This document shows positions 19,004 to 28,708 of a stretch of 52,908 nucleotides of DNA, in pieces. A program made the translations under genes and the position numbers. Numbering within the stretch: the first letter of the stretch is position 1; every line of letters begins with the position of its first letter. This DNA is from Parcubacteria group bacterium (GTDB lineage Bacteria; Patescibacteriota; Minisyncoccia; 2-02-FULL-40-12; IGHO2-01-FULL-4-A), in assembly GCA_043821485.1 (NCBI GenBank), contig JBDRCU010000010.1, positions 1 to 52,908 of the forward strand. The letters are read 5' to 3'. The notes beneath the pieces were generated by a model. It searched no databases. It was not told where the DNA came from and worked only from the letters and a program-made list of their open reading frames with translations.

Positions 19004-20767
19004 ATGACACAACCAGAAACAAAAACCTGTCAAAACTGCAAGAAAGACTTCATAATCGAGGCAGAGGATTTTAATTTCTATGAGAAAATGCAGGTTCCGC
19101 CTCCTACATTTTGTTGGAAGTGTAGATATCAGAGGAGACTTTCATATCGTAATGAGCGTAAACCTTTTTGGGCTATAAGTGCAAAATCAGGTAAGCGTAT
19201 TATGTCTATTTTCCCACCTGAAGCTGGTATGACAGTGTATGATGAAAAGGAATGGCGTTCTGATGATTGGGAGGCATTGGATTATGGAATGGAATATGAT
19301 TTCTCTAGACCCTTTTTTGAACAATTTCATGAATTAGCAAAAAAGGTTCCACGAAATGGACCTCACACGGAAGATAATGTAAATTGTGAATTTTTGATAA
19401 ATTCTGGCTGGGGTAAGAATAACTATCTTGTATGTAATTCAACTGGAGCTGAAGATTCTGCGTACGGCAATGCGATGGATTGGTGTAAATTTTGTTTTGA
19501 TGGTTCACATATTACTAAATGTGAGCGTAGTTATGGATCGTTTTGGGCGTGGAATTGTTACCATGTCCATTTTTCAACACGATCAGCTGATAATGTATCG
19601 TCCTGGTTTTTGTTTGGATGCAAGGGTATGGTCAATTGTTTTGGTTGCGTGAACATGACTAATAAAAGTCACTACATTTACAATAAGCCTTATTCAAAAG
19701 AGGAATATGAAACCAAAATTAAAGATATGCAACTTAATACTTGGTCAGGATTATTAAAGGCAAAAAAAGAAGCTATTGCATTTGCAAAGAAATTTCCTTA
19801 TGCATATCTGAATGGACTTTTTAATACTGATGTCACAGGTGAATACGTAAGCGAATCAAGTAATGTACATTATGGATATTTAGTACGTGGAGGTAGAGAT
19901 TTGAAATATGTTCAATACTTACAGGTTCCGGGTAGTGAAGATTCATATGATCTTACTATTTGGGGTGAAAAGAATGTTCGTGCATATGAAAATTCAACAT
20001 CTGGTTTGGGTGTCTCGAATTCAAAATTTTTGGAAGGATGCTGGTCAGAAATTTTAGACTCTGAGTACTGTATTGCTTGCAGAGGCATTACGAGTTGTTT
20101 CGGAAGCGTGGGTCTTAGACATAAGCAATATTGTATTTTGAATAAACAATATTCAAAAGAAGAATACTTGCTGCTTAGAAAGAAAATTATTCAGCATATG
20201 AATGATATGCCATTTGTAGATAAGAGAGGTAGGATATATAAATATGGGGAATTCTTTCCAATGGAACACTCGCCAGTTCCATATAACATTTCTTTGGTAA
20301 ATGAACATTTTCCTTTGACTAAGGAGCAAGCATTAGAACAAGGATACGATTGGTATGAACCGGCAAAGAAAGAATACAAAGCAACTATAACTGCTAACGA
20401 TATTCCTGATGCAATTGAGGATATGAAAGATTCAATACTCAAAGAGATAATTGAATGCATGGATTGTAAGCAGGTATATCGTATTCTTGAAATAGAATTT
20501 GCTTTTTTGCGCAGTGAAAAAATTCCAATACCACGTACATGCATTGATTGCAGGCATAACGAACGTATTTCACAACGGGCTAAGGCATTTTTGTATCATC
20601 GTAAATGTAATTGTAATGGTACTAAATCAAGAGATGGTATTTATTCGAACTTCGGAATCCATAAACACGGAAACGATCCATGTTCAAATGAATTTGAAAC
20701 TGCTTATGCGCCTGATGACGATAGGATTGTTTATTGTTTAGATTGTTTTTATCGAGAAGTGGATTAA
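19004..20767 (+). CDS. Cys-rich zinc-ribbon/solenoid protein, paralog 2
   Basis: Same architecture as 16679-18418 (ETKTCQNCK...FETAYAP...IVYCLDC); second zinc ribbon degenerate (SAKSG...YDEKEW). Confidence 0.85.
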   Translation: MTQPETKTCQNCKKDFIIEAEDFNFYEKMQVPPPTFCWKCRYQRRLSYRNERKPFWAISAKSGKRIMSIFPPEAGMTVYDEKEWRSDDWEALDYGMEYDFSRPFFEQFHELAKKVPRNGPHTEDNVNCEFLINSGWGKNNYLVCNSTGAEDSAYGNAMDWCKFCFDGSHITKCERSYGSFWAWNCYHVHFSTRSADNVSSWFLFGCKGMVNCFGCVNMTNKSHYIYNKPYSKEEYETKIKDMQLNTWSGLLKAKKEAIAFAKKFPYAYLNGLFNTDVTGEYVSESSNVHYGYLVRGGRDLKYVQYLQVPGSEDSYDLTIWGEKNVRAYENSTSGLGVSNSKFLEGCWSEILDSEYCIACRGITSCFGSVGLRHKQYCILNKQYSKEEYLLLRKKIIQHMNDMPFVDKRGRIYKYGEFFPMEHSPVPYNISLVNEHFPLTKEQALEQGYDWYEPAKKEYKATITANDIPDAIEDMKDSILKEIIECMDCKQVYRILEIEFAFLRSEKIPIPRTCIDCRHNERISQRAKAFLYHRKCNCNGTKSRDGIYSNFGIHKHGNDPCSNEFETAYAPDDDRIVYCLDCFYREVD

Positions 20768-20773
20768 ATATTT

Positions 20774-22534
20774 ATGCAACCAGAAACAAAAACTTGCCAA
20801 AACTGTAAAAACCAGTTCACAATAGAACCTGATGACTTTGGATTCTATGAAAAGATTGGTGTGCCTGCGCCAATGTTTTGTCGTCTTTGTCGTTTACAGC
20901 GTCGGATGATGTGGCGCAATGAACGTACTTTCTATAAACGTATATGTGATTTGTGTAAGAAAAATATTATCTCTACGTACAATGAGGATGTTCCGTTCCC
21001 TGTTTATTGTCAGAAGTGCTGGTGGGGAGATGAATGGGACCCTAAATCATATGGTCGTGATTTTGATTTTTCTCGATCGTTTTTTGAGCAATATCAAGAG
21101 CTTCTTGATTCTACGCCTGCTTTGTCAATAATGAATGATAATGAAATAGCTAGTGTAAATTCGGAATATGCTTATGACTTTGCCTTTGCAAAAAATTGTT
21201 ATCTTACGGCTGCAGGATGGTATTCGGAATATATTTTTTATTCATACTATACATGCTATGACAAAGAAATTTTGGATAGTTATATGATATTAAATTCAGA
21301 ACTTTGTTATGAATGCGTTGATGCTGAGCGCGATTCGCGCTGTAAGTATTGTATTCAATGTTTTGATTGTATGGATTGCATATTCAGCTTCGATCTTAGA
21401 GGATGCAATGATTGTATTTTAAGCGTTAATTTGAGGAATAAGAGTTATTGCATATTGAATAAACAATATACAAAAGAGGAATATGAAATTAAGAAAAAGG
21501 AGATGCAATTTAATAGAAGAGATAAAGTAGAAGAGTATAAAAAGCAATTTAATGAACTTATTTTAAAATATCCTCGAAAATACGCATTAATACTCAAGTC
21601 AGTTAACAGTACGGGACATGTAATTGAAAATTCAAAAAATGCCAAAATGTGTTTTGGTGTCGGTGATATAGAAAATTCTAAATATTTGATGAGTGTAGAT
21701 GGGGCCAAAGATTGTTATGATGTAGGAAATACCGGTCAGTCGGAGCTGTCTTATGAAAGTGTTACCCCTGATCAGGCGAATAGGGATATTTTTACAATAT
21801 ATTGTTGGAAATGTACAAATGCATATTATTCTAATAACTGTCATTCATGTCAAAATATATTTGGATGTTCGAATATGAAGAGTTCTCAATATTGTATATT
21901 GAATAAACAATATTCAAAAGATGAATACGATAATATGACTAAACGTATAATTAGTCACATGGAAGAAACTGGAGAGTATGGTGAATTCTTTCCTGCTGAT
22001 TTAAGCCCATATGCATACAATGAGACACAGGCACATGAATATTTCCCGCTGGATAAGGAACAGGCTGTTGAGGAAGGCTATAGATGGAGAGATAAGATAA
22101 AAAAAGATTACAAGATTACCATAGAACCAAAAGATGTACCGTTTACTATTTCAGAGATATCAGAAAATATAACAGAAGAAGTGATTGGATGTGAGCATGA
22201 AGGAAAGTGTAATGAGAAATGTACGGTAGCATTTAAGATTCATCCTTATGAATACCAATTCTATAAGAAGATGAACGTTCCTTTGCCAGTACTTTGTCCT
22301 AATTGCCGTTTTTATAAAAGAATCGAACTTTATCGTAACCCACCGAAACTTTGGCGTCGCAAGTGTCAATGTGCAGGGCAGACATCAGGCAATGAATTGT
22401 ATAAAAACACAGCATTGCAACATCAATCGCATTCGCCAGACCAGCATTGTTCGGAAGAATTTGAAACGAGCTACTCACCAGACAGAAAAGAAATAGTCTA
22501 TTGCGAGAAATGTTATCAGGCTGAAGTGGTTTAG
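20774..22534 (+). CDS. Cys-rich zinc-ribbon/solenoid protein, paralog 3
   Basis: Same architecture; termini nearly identical to paralog 1. Confidence 0.85.
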   Translation: MQPETKTCQNCKNQFTIEPDDFGFYEKIGVPAPMFCRLCRLQRRMMWRNERTFYKRICDLCKKNIISTYNEDVPFPVYCQKCWWGDEWDPKSYGRDFDFSRSFFEQYQELLDSTPALSIMNDNEIASVNSEYAYDFAFAKNCYLTAAGWYSEYIFYSYYTCYDKEILDSYMILNSELCYECVDAERDSRCKYCIQCFDCMDCIFSFDLRGCNDCILSVNLRNKSYCILNKQYTKEEYEIKKKEMQFNRRDKVEEYKKQFNELILKYPRKYALILKSVNSTGHVIENSKNAKMCFGVGDIENSKYLMSVDGAKDCYDVGNTGQSELSYESVTPDQANRDIFTIYCWKCTNAYYSNNCHSCQNIFGCSNMKSSQYCILNKQYSKDEYDNMTKRIISHMEETGEYGEFFPADLSPYAYNETQAHEYFPLDKEQAVEEGYRWRDKIKKDYKITIEPKDVPFTISEISENITEEVIGCEHEGKCNEKCTVAFKIHPYEYQFYKKMNVPLPVLCPNCRFYKRIELYRNPPKLWRRKCQCAGQTSGNELYKNTALQHQSHSPDQHCSEEFETSYSPDRKEIVYCEKCYQAEVV

Positions 22535-22554
22535 AGATATGGTATACTATTGAT

Positions 22555-23325
22555 ATGGGAAAGATCATAATAGCTAATTGGAAGGCTAATCTTGGGAGTC
22601 TGGACGAGGCTCGTGGGCTATTTGAGGCTGAGAATAAGGCCTCGGGGGAGTATCCAAGCGTTGAGACTGTAATATGTCCTCCTTTCGTATTTATAGAGGA
22701 ATTGTCTGGGATGGCCGTGGATACTGGTTTGGCTGTTCTAGGGGCGCAGGATGTATCTCAGGAGGCTTCAGGGCCTCATACAGGAGAGGTAACGGTAGAG
22801 ATGCTTAAGGGTTTTGGCGTTAAATACGTTCTTGTCGGACATTCTGATAGACGGAGCCTTGGGGATACAGATGAGGTGATTAATAAGAAGATTAAGCTTT
22901 TGATTGAGGCAGATATTACTCCAGTGCTTCTGGTTGGCGAAGAAGAGAAAAATGATGCCATAAGCCAAGATACTCTTGTTGATCAATTATCCCGTGGATT
23001 GGAGGGTCTTGCTAAGGAGCAAGTAAAAAAAGTGATTTTGACGTATGAGCCTGTCTGGGCAATTAGTACCAGTAAAGATGCTGAAGCAGATACTTCGGAA
23101 GGTGCAGTAAGTGCAATTAAGATGATGCAGGATATTTTAGTTAAACTTTTTAATTTTGATTTAGATGATATGCCAAAGATTCTTTACGGAGGCAGTGTTA
23201 AAGAAACTAACGTTGGAGATTTTATGGCGAAGTCTGAAATTGCCGGTGCAGTTGTGGGTGGAGCAAGTTTGCGTCCGGAAGAATTTAAAAATATATTAAA
23301 GATTACAAATGAAAACTCTAGCTGA
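22555..23325 (+). CDS. tpiA: Triosephosphate isomerase
   Basis: ANWK, GHSDRR, YEPVWAI, LYGGSV, VGGASL. Confidence 0.95.
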   Translation: MGKIIIANWKANLGSLDEARGLFEAENKASGEYPSVETVICPPFVFIEELSGMAVDTGLAVLGAQDVSQEASGPHTGEVTVEMLKGFGVKYVLVGHSDRRSLGDTDEVINKKIKLLIEADITPVLLVGEEEKNDAISQDTLVDQLSRGLEGLAKEQVKKVILTYEPVWAISTSKDAEADTSEGAVSAIKMMQDILVKLFNFDLDDMPKILYGGSVKETNVGDFMAKSEIAGAVVGGASLRPEEFKNILKITNENSS

Positions 23326-24451
23326 TATTCCAAAAGCAGATTTAAAAGATAAGAAGATATTGATGAGGGTGGATTTTAATTTCCCCCTACAAGGCGGGGG
23401 GATAGGTGATGACTTTAGAATAAGGTCGCATATTGAGACTATAGATCATTTATCGGATAGTGGAGCTAAAGTGGTTTTAATTAGCCATATTAGCAAGTCG
23501 AGCAAGTATCAGAGCTTTGCTGAATTTACAGATGGTATCGGTAAGATTTTGTCCAAAGAATTATATTTTGGAGGAGAAGAATTGAAAGGTTGTGCTAGAT
23601 TACTTGATGAGCATGATTTGGTTCTAATGGATAATGTCAGGAAACATAAAGAAGAAATTGAAAATGATGATGGATTTGCTGGAGGCGTGGCGCACGGATT
23701 TGATATGTTTGTGAATGATGCTTTTGCAGTATCGCATCGCAAGCATGCGCTATTAGTTGCTATTACTAAACATCTACCGTCTTATGCTGGTTTTGTAATT
23801 GAACGCGAAGTGGCAATGTTGAAGAAAGCAATTGATGCGCCTCGTGACAGCAAAACACTTGTATTAGGCGGAGCAAAAATTAGAACTAAAATTCCTGTTA
23901 TTAAGAATTTTATAGATAATGCAGAAGACATGTTGATAGGAGGAGCTCTAGTTTATGATTTTTTAAGATATAAAGGGCTTGAAGCAGGGAAAATACCAGT
24001 TGAAGGAAAAGATATGGATATAGTTGGGGAGATTGATAATTCTGTAGTAAATCTTCCGCGTGATTTGGTAACTTCGCTTGAGCGCGACGGTTCAACTCCT
24101 GCAGAGATTCACCTGTATGATGACGTGCCGCCAGATCATATGGTTTTAGATATTGGCCCTGAAACATCTGCGCATTTTGCAGAAATTATTGAACATTCCA
24201 AAGTTGTTATCTGGAATGGTCCAATGGGTTTATCAGAAATTGATAAATTTGCACAAGGTACAAAGCGTATTGCAGAAGCTGTTGCAAAAGCCGGCACTGC
24301 CTTTATTGGAGGAGGAGATACGATCAATGCAGTCGATGATCTTGGGCTATTGGACAAGATAGAGTATGTTTCAACAGGAGGCGGAGCAATGCTGGCATTT
24401 TTAGGAAATGAGAAAATGCCCGCACTGGAAGCATTGGGATATTACGATTAA
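23309..24451 (+). CDS. pgk: Phosphoglycerate kinase
   Basis: RVDFN, VNDAFAVSHR, LGGAK, DIGPET, WNGPMG, GGGDT, STGGGA. Confidence 0.96.
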   Translation: MKTLADIPKADLKDKKILMRVDFNFPLQGGGIGDDFRIRSHIETIDHLSDSGAKVVLISHISKSSKYQSFAEFTDGIGKILSKELYFGGEELKGCARLLDEHDLVLMDNVRKHKEEIENDDGFAGGVAHGFDMFVNDAFAVSHRKHALLVAITKHLPSYAGFVIEREVAMLKKAIDAPRDSKTLVLGGAKIRTKIPVIKNFIDNAEDMLIGGALVYDFLRYKGLEAGKIPVEGKDMDIVGEIDNSVVNLPRDLVTSLERDGSTPAEIHLYDDVPPDHMVLDIGPETSAHFAEIIEHSKVVIWNGPMGLSEIDKFAQGTKRIAEAVAKAGTAFIGGGDTINAVDDLGLLDKIEYVSTGGGAMLAFLGNEKMPALEALGYYD

Positions 24452-24452
24452 T

Positions 24453-25424
24453 ATGGAATATCACCTTTATCATCATGATGACTTGGATGGATTGGCTTGC
24501 GGGGCTGTGATGTTGGAGTTTTTGAAGTCGCGTGGGGATAAATTTTCATCACATCATCCCATAACTTATGGTGCCGGAATTAGTTCTGAGAATTGGGTAG
24601 ATTTCAAATTTGAGCGTCCTTTTATGATTTTTGATTTTCAATACCATCCTGATGCTGAATGGTGGGTGGATCATCATGCTTCTTCTGCCTTTGAATTTAT
24701 TGGAGGGGACTATGAAGATAAGTATAAAAATGACAAACAGCATCATTTTGATGGAAATGCTCCTTCTGCTTGCGGTTTGATGGTGAGACTGCTGGAAGAT
24801 GAACATGGTTTTGATGTATCTAATATTATTCGCACTCTTGCACGTGAAGTAGATATTGTGGATTCGGCGGGATTTAAATCTATTGAAGAGGCGTTGGATT
24901 TTGATCGTCCAATTAAACAATTCGATCTTCTTTTGAGCGATATTGATATAGATCAGGGCAATGATGAGTATTATGATCTTCGTGTTGAATTAATGAATTT
25001 GTTGGCTGTGATATCTTTGGAAGATATAGTTAATGATACTAAGTACAAGGGCCGTATTATTAAATTGAAGAATATAGAAGAGCAAATTAATGAAGAGGTG
25101 GGGCAGAGAGGAGAATTGCGCGGAAAAGTGGTTTTTGTTGATGCTCATGATATGGAGCGAGTCGAAAATTATGCTGCATTATGGAAGCGTTTTCCAGATG
25201 CGCCTTATGCCTTTTTAATAAAGCCGGAGAATAAAGGTTTTGATAAATTAAGAATAATACGTAATAATTGGATTAAGCATGACAAAGAGGTCAATCTGGG
25301 AGATCTGGCATCTAAGCGCGGAGGAGGAGGGCATAAAGGAATAGGCGCTATATATGCACACGGCTTGGAAGAAGCATATAAAGTAGCTGATGAGATAATT
25401 GATTTTGTAAATAAGAATGGATAG
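24453..25424 (+). CDS. DHH/DHHA1 family phosphoesterase
   Basis: HHDDLDG, VDHH, C-terminal GGGGH; start set to ATG 24453. Confidence 0.88.
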   Translation: MEYHLYHHDDLDGLACGAVMLEFLKSRGDKFSSHHPITYGAGISSENWVDFKFERPFMIFDFQYHPDAEWWVDHHASSAFEFIGGDYEDKYKNDKQHHFDGNAPSACGLMVRLLEDEHGFDVSNIIRTLAREVDIVDSAGFKSIEEALDFDRPIKQFDLLLSDIDIDQGNDEYYDLRVELMNLLAVISLEDIVNDTKYKGRIIKLKNIEEQINEEVGQRGELRGKVVFVDAHDMERVENYAALWKRFPDAPYAFLIKPENKGFDKLRIIRNNWIKHDKEVNLGDLASKRGGGGHKGIGAIYAHGLEEAYKVADEIIDFVNKNG

Positions 25425-25442
25425 GGTCGTCTAATAGAATAT

Positions 25443-25895
25443 ATGTCAAACGTTTCTAATGAAAAATTCATAATCCATACAGATGGAGGATCACGTGGAA
25501 ATCCAGGTCCGGGTGCTATTGGAGCCGTGATTAAATCTGCCAACGGTACGCTCAAGAAAGAATACGGCGAATTCATTGGCAATGACGTTACAAACAATGA
25601 AGCTGAATACAAAGCAGTAATTTTTGCATTAAAAAAACTTAAGCAATTGATTGGAAAAGAAAAAGCAGCACATTCATATGTAGATATATTTGTTGACAGT
25701 GAATTGCTTGAGCGACAGATGAATAAAAAATTTAAAGTAAGCGATAGAGAAATAGGGCAGTTTTTTCTTCAGGTTTGGAATCTAACAATGGATTTTGGAG
25801 AAGTAACATTTAATCATGTTTTTAGGGAGAAGAATAAAGAAGCAGATAGATTAGTGAATGCAGTACTGGACAAGGAGGTTAATAAGTTATTGTAA
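25443..25895 (+). CDS. rnhA: Ribonuclease HI family protein
   Basis: TDGGSRGNPGP, TNNEAEY, DSEL, REKNKEADRL. Confidence 0.93.
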   Translation: MSNVSNEKFIIHTDGGSRGNPGPGAIGAVIKSANGTLKKEYGEFIGNDVTNNEAEYKAVIFALKKLKQLIGKEKAAHSYVDIFVDSELLERQMNKKFKVSDREIGQFFLQVWNLTMDFGEVTFNHVFREKNKEADRLVNAVLDKEVNKLL

Positions 25896-25904
25896 ATTAT
25901 TAGA

Positions 25905-25935
25905 ATCAAAAAATCGCTTAAAGCGATTTTTTGAT
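25905..25935. terminator. Bidirectional terminator between convergent rnhA and rnpB
   Basis: atcaaaaaatcgct-taa-agcgattttttgat. Confidence 0.8.
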
Positions 25936-26368
25936 CTCTTGGCACATAATAAGCCGAATTCTGTCTTTCCGTTTTTACACGGAGAGATAATCATTTATCT
26001 GGGACTTGCATTACTGCAAGCCTCGCGCGAGCTAACTTTTCGAACCTGATAATCTGATAAATCGGATCACAGGAACGCTGCTCTTGCACCAGGCGGGGTT
26101 TAGCACGCATCCATGTTGCCATGGAGCGATCTCCTTTGGAGAACTTTTCACCCGTGGTCCTCACCGCGAACGATGCGGACTCGGAATAGTCTCTGTGCCA
26201 CTTTCCCTAAGCTTTGATTAGCAACTCTTTTCTTAAGAGAAAGAGATTCCAACCTTATGCTCGGCGGCCGTTAACCGCTGCCTACTTCTGTGCATATTGC
26301 ACAGGGTGTTCGGACTTTCCTCTATATCTGCTAAAAGCAGATATAGCGATTATCTAATGTACCGAGAG
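25936..26368 (-). ncRNA. rnpB: RNase P RNA
   Basis: The - strand carries GAGGAAAGTCC near its 5' end and ACAGAATTCGGCTTA near its 3' end; termini pair as P1 (ctctcggtacat / atgtgccaagag). Ends approximate. Confidence 0.95.
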
Positions 26369-26374
26369 GCATAT

Positions 26375-26403
26375 AATTTAGCATATTTTACATAATTGTG
26401 CAA
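26375..26403 (-). promoter_or_regulatory. Putative rnpB promoter
   Basis: - strand TTGCAC-17-TAAATT with extended TG, 6 nt before the predicted RNA 5' end. Confidence 0.6.
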
Positions 26404-26422
26404 GCGTGGTATTGTAAACCAC

Positions 26423-27808
26423 ATGAAGAAAGGAGAGCTTGTTTTTAGCGTATTATCAGTACCAGTAGACTATTTTATGCTGATACTTGCAGGTATTGCA
26501 ACGTACATGCTTCGTACGAGGTTTTTAGATGTTTTGCGTCCTGTACAATTCGAACTGAATTTGCCATTTGAGAGATATATAATATTGGTTTTAATAGTTT
26601 CCCTAATTTTTATAGCAGTTTACGCATTGTCAGGTTTGTATAATTTACGAAGTACAAGAAGCGTTATTGAGGAGTTTTTCAGAATAATTATTGCTTCAAG
26701 CGCCGGCATAATGGCAGTAATAGTATATATCTTCTTAAGTCAGGAATTGTTTGATTCAAGATTCTTGGTTCTAGGCGCATGGATAATGGCAATAATATTT
26801 GTTTCAATCGGCAGATTCATTATGCGCAAAGTCCAGAAAGCACTTATTGCCAAATATGACATTGGAGCTCACAGAGTCATGGTTATTGGTCAGGATGATT
26901 TATCAAATGATATTGTTACTGAAATGGAGCGAAATCTTGCTGCTGGTTACAGAGTTGTAAAACAATTGGCAAATCCTGAAGTAGATGAAGTTAAAGCTGC
27001 GATAGGTAATCCAGGGATAGATGAAGTTATTCTTGCAAATCCAAATTATTCTAAAGATCGCGTTCAGGAAATTGTAAATTTTTGTCATGAAAATCATTTA
27101 ATATTTCGTTTTGTTCCGAACATTCACAATACTCTTACTACTAATTTTGCAATAGATACTTTTATAGGCGTACCACTTGTTGAACTTCAGCGAACCCGTC
27201 TTGATGGATGGGGCAGAGTTGCAAAGAGAACCCTAGATATTGGAGGCTCATTGCTTGGATTAATAATTCTTTCTCCAGTATTCGCAATCACAGCGTTTGC
27301 AATAAAATGGGAAACAGCAGGACCAGTATTCGTGCATCTTGATCGAATCAGTCAGAACAAAAAACTCAAACTCCATAAGTTCAGATCAATGATAAATAAC
27401 GCGGAGAAGTACAAGGAGCAATTGATGAAATTTAATGAAAGGAATGACGGCCCAATGTTCAAGATGAAGAACGATCCACGAGTAACTAAGGTGGGAAGAT
27501 TCATCCGCCGAACACGCCTGGACGAACTTCCACAACTATACAACGTTCTGAAAGGGGATGTGTCTCTCGTGGGCCCGCGTCCTCATCAGCCTGATGAAAT
27601 AGAGCGGTATCAGAAACATCACAAGAAGGTCTTAGCAATCAAAGCAGGAGTAACAGGTATGGCACAAATTTCCGGAAGCTCTGATCTGCCATTTGAAGAA
27701 GAAGTAGCACTGGATACGATTTACATAGAAAATTGGTCTTTTTGGCAGGATTTGAAAATTATTGTTTTTACAATATTGAAACTATTTAGAGATAGGTCTG
27801 CCGTGTAG
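26423..27808 (+). CDS. Undecaprenyl-phosphate sugar-1-phosphate transferase (WcaJ/WbaP family)
   Basis: N-terminal TMs; [45 protein letters not shown]; start set to ATG 26423. Confidence 0.95.
   Translation: MKKGELVFSVLSVPVDYFMLILAGIATYMLRTRFLDVLRPVQFELNLPFERYIILVLIVSLIFIAVYALSGLYNLRSTRSVIEEFFRIIIASSAGIMAVIVYIFLSQELFDSRFLVLGAWIMAIIFVSIGRFIMRKVQKALIAKYDIGAHRVMVIGQDDLSNDIVTEMERNLAAGYRVVKQLANPEVDEVKAAIGNPGIDEVILANPNYSKDRVQEIVNFCHENHLIFRFVPNIHNTLTTNFAIDTFIGVPLVELQRTRLDGWGRVAKRTLDIGGSLLGLIILSPVFAITAFAIKWETAGPVFVHLDRISQNKKLKLHKFRSMINNAEKYKEQLMKFNERNDGPMFKMKNDPRVTKVGRFIRRTRLDELPQLYNVLKGDVSLVGPRPHQPDEIERYQKHHKKVLAIKAGVTGMAQISGSSDLPFEEEVALDTIYIENWSFWQDLKIIVFTILKLFRDRSAV
27725..27808 (+). repeat. Direct repeat copy A: last 84 nt of the sugar transferase
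   Basis: Hand alignment to 28546-28629 gives 69/84 identical nt with no gaps. Confidence 0.92.
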
Positions 27809-27849
27809 ATGTTATTGTTTTAAGGACATTTTTGTGCTAAATTGACAAT

Positions 27850-28167
27850 ATGACTGATGAATCGCGTGAAAAAATTAAAGAAGTTACAGATAAAATAGTC
27901 CGTGAATTCAATCCTGAAAAAGTGATTTTATTCGGTTCGCATGCATGGGGGAAGCCCACGCAAGATAGCGACGTCGACTTCTTTATTATTAAGGATGTTG
28001 AGAATACAAGAGAATTTGCCTCGCTCATAGATGGAGCTATATTCCCGCGTCCATTTCCAATGGATGTGGTTGTTTATAAGCCTGAACAAGTGGCAAAAAG
28101 TGAGAGTGAAGGAGATTTCTTTATTAAAGATATTCTTTCTAACGGTAAAGTACTCTATGCCCGGTGA
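27850..28167 (+). CDS. Minimal nucleotidyltransferase (MNT) antitoxin
   Basis: ILFGSHAWG...DSDVDFFI motif, 105 aa, overlaps the HEPN gene. Confidence 0.92.
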   Translation: MTDESREKIKEVTDKIVREFNPEKVILFGSHAWGKPTQDSDVDFFIIKDVENTREFASLIDGAIFPRPFPMDVVVYKPEQVAKSESEGDFFIKDILSNGKVLYAR

Positions 28168-28549
28168 ATCAAACGGTTACAAAAAGTGGATTTTAAAAGC
28201 AGAGGAAGACGAACGCGTGATCAGGTCTCTGCTGAAGCATCGCGACGCCTCGCCGTCAGGAGCATGTTTTTTTGCGTAGCAAATGGCAGAAAAGTTTCTC
28301 AAAGCTCTCCTGATTTTTAATAATAAATCATTCCGCAAAGTACACGATCTTTTGGATCTTGAAACCAGTATTATGGAGTTCCTGACGGAGATCAAAGACA
28401 TTCATGAAGATCTGCTGCGTCTTAACAGATATTATATTCAGACAAGATACCCGGGAGACTATCCTGAATTCGAGTGGAAAGAAGCAGAAGAAGCTCTGGA
28501 ATCAGCCGTTAGGGTGAAGGATTTTGTCTTCAAATACGTGAAATTATAG
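28157..28549 (+). pseudogene. HEPN domain protein interrupted by an in-frame TAG
   Basis: One frame reads MPGES...WILKAEED...ACFFA*QMAEKFLKA...KVHDL...YIQTRYP; TAG at 28277-28279 replaces the first Q of the xQQxAEKxLKA motif. Confidence 0.85.
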
Positions 28550-28629
28550 AAAACTGGTCTTTTTGGCAGGATGTAAAAATCATCATCTTCACGATATTGA
28601 AGCTATTTAGAGATAGGTCAGCGGTTTGA
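28546..28629 (+). pseudogene. Direct repeat copy B: orphan 3' end of the sugar transferase ([27 protein letters not shown])
   Basis: 27 codons plus stop, matching the C-terminus of 26423-27808 at 25/27 aa; no start codon. Confidence 0.9.
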
Positions 28630-28708
28630 CAAATATCAAGATAGCTAACATTCTTCACCCCGCGTAGCCAGCTGGAATTAATTCGTAGATATTAGTATAA
28701 TAAGATTA

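Noticed and set aside
16679-22534. Diversity-generating retroelement TR/VR pairs among the paralogs or the 84-nt duplicate at 27725/28546
   Set aside because: No reverse transcriptase in the window, and mismatches are mostly synonymous third-position changes rather than adenine-specific.
25858-26049. 63-aa + strand ORF
   Set aside because: Overlaps the rnhA end, a terminator and the antisense of RNase P RNA.
28277-28279. Stop-codon reassignment or pyrrolysine readthrough
   Set aside because: TAG and TGA both terminate other well-defined genes in the window; a single nonsense change is simpler.
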